This document shows, one piece after another, positions 19,345 to 25,756 of a stretch of DNA of 32,596 nucleotides. The notes under the pieces are model-generated. The model searched no databases. It was given only the letters and a program-made list of their open reading frames with translations, and had not been told where the DNA came from. Within the stretch, counting starts at the first letter, position 1; each line of letters starts with the position of its first letter. Both the position numbers and the translations under genes were made by a program. The DNA is taken from NCBI GenBank assembly GCA_004357505.1, contig SMWC01000113.1:1-32596 (forward strand), given 5' to 3'. The stretch comes from Gammaproteobacteria bacterium (GTDB lineage Bacteria > Pseudomonadota > Gammaproteobacteria > Steroidobacterales > Rariloculaceae).

Positions 19345-20012
19345 GCCGATTCTTTATCAGTGCGTCGGGAACAGAAATCGGCAAGACGTTCGTAACCAGT
19401 ACGTTAATAACGCAATTAAGAGCCGCGGGGCACAGCGTCGACGCACTCAAGCCTGTGGCGACCGGTTACGACCCGCGGGAGCCCGAACGGAGTGACAGCG
19501 GTGTGCTGCTCGCCGCGCTCGGCAGACCGATAGACACACGGCTCATTGAACAGATCACCCCGTGGCGCTTCGAGGAGCCTTTGTCGCCGGACATGGCCGC
19601 CGATCGGGAAGAACGGTCTATCCCGTTCACGCAGCTCGTCGACTTCTGCGCCGAGCGTCCCCGTGTCGACGTCACACTGATCGAAGGCATCGGCGGCATC
19701 ATGGTGCCGCTAGACTCGTCACATACCGTACTGGACTGGTTAGAGGCACTGGCCATACCGGTTCTGCTGATCGTCGGTGGCTATCTCGGCACGTTGAGTC
19801 ACACGTTGACGGCAGTCGGTATGTTGCGCTCCCGGGGTCAGGAACTGGCCGGCATCATCGTCAATGAGTCCGCCGATCAGCCCGTTACGCTGGTGGAAAC
19901 TGCGAACGTCATCGCGCGATTCGTCGAGCCGGCGCCGGTGCTACTATTGCCGCGGCTGCAAGGCACTGATCAAGCACCGGATTTTCTGCCGCTACTCGCA
20001 CCCTACCTTTAG
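19341..20012 (+). CDS. bioD: Dethiobiotin synthase
   Basis: P-loop FISASGTEIGKTFVT, LIEGIGGIMVPL, and the expected size of 223 aa. Translationally coupled to bioF. Confidence 0.9.
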   Translation: MSRFFISASGTEIGKTFVTSTLITQLRAAGHSVDALKPVATGYDPREPERSDSGVLLAALGRPIDTRLIEQITPWRFEEPLSPDMAADREERSIPFTQLVDFCAERPRVDVTLIEGIGGIMVPLDSSHTVLDWLEALAIPVLLIVGGYLGTLSHTLTAVGMLRSRGQELAGIIVNESADQPVTLVETANVIARFVEPAPVLLLPRLQGTDQAPDFLPLLAPYL

Positions 20013-20094
20013 GCCTCGACTCCAGAAGCAGATAATTAACGGCAGGCAAAACCTTCAGTCTCCCCTCTAATGGCGAGGCGGTAGAAACCCCGGC

Positions 20095-20122
20095 GCGCCG
20101 GCGGCATCGACACCGCCGGCGC
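20095..20122. terminator. Candidate bidirectional intrinsic terminator between convergent bioD and the ompA-like gene
   Basis: Perfect 10-bp GC stem (GCGCCGGCGG at 20095-20104 pairs with CCGCCGGCGC at 20113-20122) with an 8-nt loop CATCGACA. The flanking T-tracts are weak (TTGCTT on plus, GGGTTTC on minus), so function is uncertain. Confidence 0.4.
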
Positions 20123-20160
20123 TTGCTTGGCGGATTGACTGAACCGCTACTGCTCGATGA

Positions 20161-20544
20161 CTACTGCCGAGCGATTCGCTCGACCGATCCCGTCGGAATC
20201 AACGTCAACTGCGCACGACAATCGAACGCCAGGCCGTCAAGGTCCTGCTCGTCGGCTGAAGCGTACTGCTCACCGTAGGCATCGACGAAAATTCTCGACG
20301 CGGAAATACCAGCACGAATCAACGTCTCGCGCACGCTCGCAGCCCGTTGCGCTGACAGTTGTACGTTGTGCTCCTCCGCACCGCGAGCATCTGCGTGCCC
20401 TCCCACACGAATGGACATTCCCTCCATGCGCGCCAGCAAGTTCGCCAGCCGACTCAGACGTTTCTGAGTTTCATCAGCGACCACGGTGTTATCGGTTTTG
20501 AACAGGATATGGACATCCAACGCCTCTCCGACCGCATCTTGCAT
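20161..20544 (-). CDS. OmpA-family peptidoglycan-binding domain (C-terminal segment; probably one gene with 20557-20877)
   Basis: OmpA_C-like motifs: LSRLANLLARMEGMSIRVGGHADARGAEEHNVQLSAQRAASVRETLIRAGI. No signal peptide and no RBS of its own. It is in the same frame as the upstream ORF and separated from it only by TAG plus 4 codons. Confidence 0.7.
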   Translation of the reverse strand: MQDAVGEALDVHILFKTDNTVVADETQKRLSRLANLLARMEGMSIRVGGHADARGAEEHNVQLSAQRAASVRETLIRAGISASRIFVDAYGEQYASADEQDLDGLAFDCRAQLTLIPTGSVERIARQ

Positions 20545-20556
20545 AGTCCGGGCGTC

Positions 20557-20877
20557 CTACCGGTAGCGGGTCTCGAGCATTTTGATTTGCCGCTCGCCGC
20601 TTTCAATCAGACCATTGAGGTCGGCGACCTGCTCGCGCGCGTCTGTCCAGCGTTGCTCGAACTTGATGCGCGCGCCCTGTTCCGCATCGAATCGGTCTCC
20701 GAGCCAGATCCCTGCGGCAGCGCCCAGCAACATCCCGATCGGACCTCCGGCAGCTGCGCCGATCACCGCGCCGCTACCCAGGCCGAACTTCTCAAGTTTG
20801 GTTGACTTGCTTGGTTCTGCGGCCCAACTCGCGCTCGTCAGTGTGGTAGCAAGAATTACAATTATCGCGTGTCTCAT
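20557..20877 (-). CDS. Signal peptide / glycine-zipper / coiled-coil segment (N-terminal part of the split OmpA-family protein)
   Basis: ATG 20877 is preceded by AAGGAG with a 7-nt spacer. The signal peptide is MRHAIIVILATTLTSASWA, and the Gly-zipper is GLGSGAVIGAAAGGPIGMLLGAAAGIWLG. The frame ends at TAG 20557-20559. Confidence 0.7.
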   Translation of the reverse strand: MRHAIIVILATTLTSASWAAEPSKSTKLEKFGLGSGAVIGAAAGGPIGMLLGAAAGIWLGDRFDAEQGARIKFEQRWTDAREQVADLNGLIESGERQIKMLETRYR

Positions 20878-21172
20878 GACTGTGCTCCTTTTGGTTCCTG
20901 GTGCAATACGCACGCCACCATTGAAGCTCAGGCTAGCGGCAAACCGGTGATGAATTCGGCCGAGAAGACGCTTCGAATATGACCAATTCTGACGACAGGC
21001 ATGCTGCCGGCCTTCGAAGGTCAGCTCAATAGGGGCGCGCTATGAGAGCCCCGCACGCCGGCAGAGCTGGCGAGGATACCGGACGAAAGTCCGCCGTCCC
21101 GGCAGCCTCGCAGGCACACACGGCAGCAGGACGCTCTAACTGCCAAGGCCGAACGAAGGAAGAGTCGCGCCG

Positions 21173-22177
21173 CTAGCGGCGAAGCGAAGGCAAGGCGACG
21201 AAAGTGCCCCCATTGCGCTGACACAGCACCCGCATGAGTGTCGCGAAACGGGCCGCCGTCAGCAGCTCGCCATTAGTCACTTCATAGTAGACGGGGAAAG
21301 CCACGGCGTGAATCCGGACCCGCCGTTGACCGTCCGGGCCCGCTTTATTACGCCGATCGACCTCTCTTACGACCGCATTGATGGATCCGGACGCGAAGTC
21401 GTCGCTGTAGACATACAGACTAATCTTCTTGTCGGGATCGTAGAATGTATCGATCGCCTTAAGAATGCCTTCCCTGGGACTCGAGTTGGAAAAAGCGCTC
21501 CAGTTCCGCAGCGCATTGAGTATGGCTTCGCGTCTCGCCGGCGTATCCGGAATCCACTCATTGCGATAGCTCTTGAACATGTACTCGCCCATGTCGTTGA
21601 ACACCTGGATACCCTTGACCTGCGGATAGACTTCCAGAGTCTCACGAAGCTGCTGCTGGACGCGATTCCAGGCGTAACGCTGCATGCTACCGGATGTGTC
21701 AATAATGAAGATGATGTACTCGCTGTCGACCGGGATACCGCCGATCACGTAATCGTCAGGATCGGGTTTGTAGTCGGCCAATAGACGCTGCATCTCTTCG
21801 GTTAGCCGCTGCTTCGCTTCGGCAAGTCGTCCTGCCAACTCGGCCGAGATGTCCGAATCGTCCTCTGTTGCGAGAAATTCAGCGCGTATTCGCGTCAACT
21901 CCCGTTCGAGCGACGCAATCTGAGTCTGGTCTTCATCGACACGCTCAATGGTAGATAACCGCTCGCGCCGCACGACCTCGGTCTCACCGAGTATCTCGTG
22001 TAGCTCCAGCTGATAGCGGGCGATCAATCCTTCCAACTCGACGTGGCTTTCTTCGAGCCGAATCGGCTCGAAGATCTTGGTTAAGACCAGCAGCAAGATA
22101 ACCGCCCCGAACCCGCAACAGATCACGTCCAGGAATGCCAGACCGCCGGTCTCCACTTCGCGTCGACGATATCTCAT
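21173..22177 (-). CDS. ExbD/TolR-like TM anchor / coiled coil / von Willebrand factor A domain protein (paralog 2)
   Basis: ATG 22177 overlaps the upstream stop (ATGA). The N-terminus MRYRRREVETGGLAFLDVICCGFGAVILLLVL has a basic tail followed by a TM helix with Asp17. About 110 aa are heptad-rich and Glu/Leu/Arg-rich. The vWA MIDAS motif is IIFIIDTSGSM. Confidence 0.85.
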   Translation of the reverse strand: MRYRRREVETGGLAFLDVICCGFGAVILLLVLTKIFEPIRLEESHVELEGLIARYQLELHEILGETEVVRRERLSTIERVDEDQTQIASLERELTRIRAEFLATEDDSDISAELAGRLAEAKQRLTEEMQRLLADYKPDPDDYVIGGIPVDSEYIIFIIDTSGSMQRYAWNRVQQQLRETLEVYPQVKGIQVFNDMGEYMFKSYRNEWIPDTPARREAILNALRNWSAFSNSSPREGILKAIDTFYDPDKKISLYVYSDDFASGSINAVVREVDRRNKAGPDGQRRVRIHAVAFPVYYEVTNGELLTAARFATLMRVLCQRNGGTFVALPSLRR

Positions 22178-23265
22178 GGCCAATCCTCCGAAGGCGCCAT
22201 CATCGATCCGCCGGTGCTGAGCGCCAGCCACCAGTAATCCGGGGCAGCCTGGGGATCACCCTCCATCGCGTAGAGAATGACATTGACGGGAACGTTGAAC
22301 GGTAACTCTCGTGCGGCACGAGTGAAATGGCCGTGACGTTCCCTGCCGCTGACGCCGGCACGGGTCGGGATGATCTCCCCCATCGTCGGCAGGCCGTCTA
22401 CGAGCAGGTAGATATTGTCGGGCTTGGGATCCAGCGGCCGCATAGATGCGAACGCCGCATGCAGGCTCGTGGGTCCTTGCGGCACGGTGGCGCGTAAGGT
22501 CTCCACAGCCTGATCCAGTTGACCGCCATCCGTAATCGTCAACCACTGACCGTCGGTTCCCTCAATCAGCGACCACGCTCGGTCATTGAAAGCGAAGATC
22601 TGAAATTGCGTGCCGGGCGTGAGCTGCGTCGTCAACCAGTCCAGCGTGTCGACCACCTGCCGCCACTTCGGTGCAGCGAGCTGCTGGTCTATCGGCATAT
22701 TCCTGCGGCGAAGGATATTGACGAGGGTACGGTCCAGCATGCTGCCGGAAGCGTCCACAAGGATCACGACGCGTTCGCCGCCCATTCTCATACCCGTCAA
22801 GTATTGGCGGTTACCGTCCCCGGTGAAACTACGAATACGGTTGCCGGCGTCCTCCAGTGTAATACTCGCTGCAGAAAGACGCTGCGTCTCCTCCTCCAAT
22901 GAGTCAAGCTCCGAGCGAAGTCGCTCGATGGCTTCTTGCTGAGCGGTCGTGTCCGCCGTCAACGTACTGAATTCCTCTGCCGTCAGCGAAATCTCCGTAA
23001 TAATCTCTTCTCTCAGACCCCGCAGGATCGCCCACTCCTGGATGAGTTCGGCCAACTCCTGTTGAATTTGCACCAGATTCTTGCGACCAACGAGCACCTG
23101 TAACTCCATGCGGTCCACTTCACTGGCGAGCTCGTCGAGAATGACCTCGCGACGTTCATCGATATTCGCATTGATAATCATGAAGAGCAGAACCACGGCG
23201 CCGAGACCACAGGTCATGGCGTCGAGGAACGACAACGAAAACACGGTGATGGCCTTACGTGCCAT
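22174..23265 (-). CDS. ExbD/TolR-like TM anchor / coiled coil / von Willebrand factor A domain protein (paralog 1)
   Basis: ATG 23265. The N-terminus MARKAITVFSLSFLDAMTCGLGAVVLLFMI has a TM helix with Asp15. A coiled-coil-like stretch runs ELASEVDRMELQ...LRSELDSLEEETQRL. The vWA MIDAS motif is VVILVDASGSM. It overlaps the upstream gene's stop by 11 nt. Confidence 0.85.
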   Translation of the reverse strand: MARKAITVFSLSFLDAMTCGLGAVVLLFMIINANIDERREVILDELASEVDRMELQVLVGRKNLVQIQQELAELIQEWAILRGLREEIITEISLTAEEFSTLTADTTAQQEAIERLRSELDSLEEETQRLSAASITLEDAGNRIRSFTGDGNRQYLTGMRMGGERVVILVDASGSMLDRTLVNILRRRNMPIDQQLAAPKWRQVVDTLDWLTTQLTPGTQFQIFAFNDRAWSLIEGTDGQWLTITDGGQLDQAVETLRATVPQGPTSLHAAFASMRPLDPKPDNIYLLVDGLPTMGEIIPTRAGVSGRERHGHFTRAARELPFNVPVNVILYAMEGDPQAAPDYWWLALSTGGSMMAPSEDWP

Positions 23266-24655
23266 CGGCTTCCTCTATCACGATCGCCTGCAGTTCCTCT
23301 CCCGGGGAACCGATGCGGATCACATCAGCGGGTTGAATCGCAAGCTCACCAGAGACTCGTCTCTCATTGACGAATGTCCCATATTGGCTTAAATCGCTGA
23401 GTTTGAGCTCGCCGTCACGACGTACCAGCTCGCAGTGCGAGCGGGACACGCCACTGTGCTCGCCATTCAGCACAATCGTCCGACGCCCACCCCGGCTCTC
23501 GCGACCAATCAAGAGTCCCTTGCTGTCCACGCGGAAAGCGACCCCACGGTAGACGATGTGCGTCGCCGAACGCTCCCGCTGTCGCGCCGAATCGCGGCCG
23601 GTATCCGCAGTCGCCGACGTTACCACCTGCGTCACCGGGGCGCCCTCTTCTCGCCACGGCAGTCGTTTCAATAATTTAACTTGCCCAGGATTCGCATCGA
23701 TACTGTCAAGACTCTGTAATGCGCCCAGCGCCGCCGCACCGACGGGCAACGGTAGAATGTGCGCATCATCCAGCCGCGAGAGTTCATTGACGACTCCCGG
23801 CAAGCCGAGCAGACGGTGCGACACCTGTACGACCAGGCTGTCTCCGGTACTTCTGCACTGCGCAATCAATTGCACCAACGCGCGAAAAAATCCGGCGGCA
23901 ACGCCAAGCAATTGGTCGCGCTTCACCTCTACGCAAAGCTCCTTCCCACCATGCGGAAGCTTAAGCTCGGCACGGTCCTGCTCATGCAGGCTCTGCAACC
24001 ACATCGGCAAACGATCGTAGACGAGCTGTTCGCTCTCGGCGCCGTGAAACGGATCAAATCGTGTCGCCAGAACGAAGATCTCCGCGACGCGCTTGGCCCA
24101 TAAGTCCATCAGCGAGGCAAGGCCGACGCCATCGATCACCTGCTCCGTCGTTGCAGCAACATCGCTAGCCTGTTCGAGCGTCGTCGCGGAAACACGATGT
24201 AATCCGGCGTCCAGGTAGATCAATTGCTGGCCGGGGTAGGGTCTAGGGCTCGCAGCCGCAGCAGTATTCACTAACGATCGTACCGGCATTCCGCACTCCT
24301 GGGCGAGTCCCAACAACAGCCCGAGCTGCTCGCGGCTGTAGTGGTCAGGCACAACCAGCAAGGCATCCTTGTCCTCACCGCCGTACCGTTTCCAAAGGTT
24401 CTCAAGCTGCGCGAATGCAAGCTGGGCCGTGTTATCGACACCTTCCAGACCCGCGCTCCCCTGCTTGAGACTCAGGTTCTCCCAGTAACGGTTATTGCTA
24501 TCGCGCGGTCTGAGGCGCGCCTGAGAATAAGCATCATTGCCCGTCAGAATTTCACCGTCGGCGAGCAGCGCATAACCAGGTTCCGTGCCGAGCACTCCTG
24601 ACTCATCGGCGATAACCAGGTTCGCATCATTGATATCGATAGCGAGCGTGCTCAC
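23255..24655 (-). CDS. Hsp70/actin-like (ASKHA-fold) domain with degenerate nucleotide loops, fused to a canonical C-terminal FHA domain
   Basis: Three Hsp70-like motifs occur in the correct order. [13 protein letters not shown] corresponds to [50 protein letters not shown] corresponds to [50 protein letters not shown] corresponds to DLGGGTFDVS. The FHA domain at aa ~365-466 reads LLIGRE...[10 protein letters not shown]...[16 protein letters not shown]...DVIRIG, with the canonical Gly-Arg, Ser-x-x-His and Asn. The start is GTG. Confidence 0.8.
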   Translation of the reverse strand: [466 protein letters not shown]

Positions 24656-24665
24656 GAATCTCTCG

Positions 24666-25475
24666 CTATTGCACGCCGCCGCGCGACTGCATGTGACGGA
24701 TCAGGTTGTGATCGATATAAGTCTGCGTATCAAATACGGCTCGTTCCTGCAGCGATTGCAGTTGGTGAACCAAAAACATCACGACAATAGAGATCAACAA
24801 CGCAATGAAAGTGGAATTAAACGCGGTACCGAGACTCAGCGTCACACCCATGATATCGCCGTCGACGGCACGGTGAGCTTGTCCGAGCGCGTCACCGATT
24901 CCGCGAACGGTACCGATAAATCCGACAGATGGAATTGCCCAAGCGATATAACGAATCATCGACAGCTCAGACTCCAGCCTGCCACCTTCCGATTCGCACA
25001 GAGTATTGGCGACGGAAGACACATCCTGGATGTTGCGCGTTGAGCCGAAACGCTCCAATGAAGACAACAGCACACGCGGCAGTAACATGTCGCGCGATCC
25101 ACCCGGTAGCGCCTGCAGCGTGCGCGCATATTCTCGCGAGTCCTCGGGCAGAATTCTGACGCCGTCTGGAACGGGCACGAGCACCTGTTGCAACAGCTTT
25201 CGCTCGCGCAGAGATGTAGTTGCCTTGTAGCCCATGATGGAAAACGCCCACAGCATCAGCACAAAGCACGATTCCTGTTCGAAGTCCTTGATCAAGACCC
25301 AGAAAGAACGCTCGACCGTGAAATTCGTGTCTTCCTGAATCTGCAACGCCTGTTCATTCAGGACTGCGGTCGCCCTTGGCCTGACGACCGTCACATAGGT
25401 CGCGTGCACGACAATGATCGCGATAATCAGGGAAAATACCTGGAAGAGGAATTCTGTTTGAAAGTTACGTTTCAT
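24666..25475 (-). CDS. MotA/TolQ/ExbB-family proton channel protein
   Basis: Four hydrophobic segments with a ~95-aa loop between TM2 and TM3. C-terminal family signature: IRYIAWAIPSVGFIGTVRGIGDAL...GVTLSLGTAFNSTFIALLISIVVMFLV. Confidence 0.88.
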   Translation of the reverse strand: MKRNFQTEFLFQVFSLIIAIIVVHATYVTVVRPRATAVLNEQALQIQEDTNFTVERSFWVLIKDFEQESCFVLMLWAFSIMGYKATTSLRERKLLQQVLVPVPDGVRILPEDSREYARTLQALPGGSRDMLLPRVLLSSLERFGSTRNIQDVSSVANTLCESEGGRLESELSMIRYIAWAIPSVGFIGTVRGIGDALGQAHRAVDGDIMGVTLSLGTAFNSTFIALLISIVVMFLVHQLQSLQERAVFDTQTYIDHNLIRHMQSRGGVQ

Positions 25476-25494
25476 GGCTAGTGGTCCAACAAGG

Positions 25495-25704
25495 TTATAT
25501 GTTGACCGGGAAGATCACTTCTTCGTCCGCGTCGATCTCGTCGCTGGGAATAAAAATCTCATCGAGCGGGCGCGTGTCCGGAGGAGCGGGCGGCGCCACC
25601 GTGGTTGTCGTGTCGACCTCTGGGGGGGCAGCGTCCTGACCTACAGACGACACCGATAGGGCCATCAAAGCCAATAGCGCCAATAGCATTCGTGGTAAGT
25701 GCAT
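25495..25704 (-). CDS. Small secreted Pro-rich/acidic peptide (69 aa)
   Basis: ATG 25704 has GGGAG about 8 nt upstream. The signal peptide is MHLPRMLLALLALMALSVSSVG. The mature ~47 aa read QDAAPPEVDTTTTVAPPAPPDTRPLDEIFIPSDEIDADEEVIFPVNI. The gene stops 20 nt before the motA-like start. Confidence 0.6.
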   Translation of the reverse strand: MHLPRMLLALLALMALSVSSVGQDAAPPEVDTTTTVAPPAPPDTRPLDEIFIPSDEIDADEEVIFPVNI

Positions 25705-25756
25705 CGTCATTTCTCCCGACAAAGACTCATCAAGTTTAGACCAAACTGGCCACAGA

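Noticed and set aside
21021-21224. 67-aa ORF in and around the 295-nt gap between vWA paralog 2 and the ompA-like gene
   Set aside because: Its product is Arg/Ala/Ser-rich with no RBS, and it overlaps the 3' end of the vWA gene. The gap more likely holds a promoter or terminator region, though I could identify neither convincingly.
20161-25475. MotA-like plus OmpA-domain genes considered as a Zorya (ZorAB) defence system
   Set aside because: There is no ZorB-type MotB fusion; the Asp-TM and OmpA domain are on different proteins. The channel has no long ZorA tail, and there are no ZorC/ZorD or other nuclease/helicase genes. The resemblance is limited to use of a MotA-family channel.
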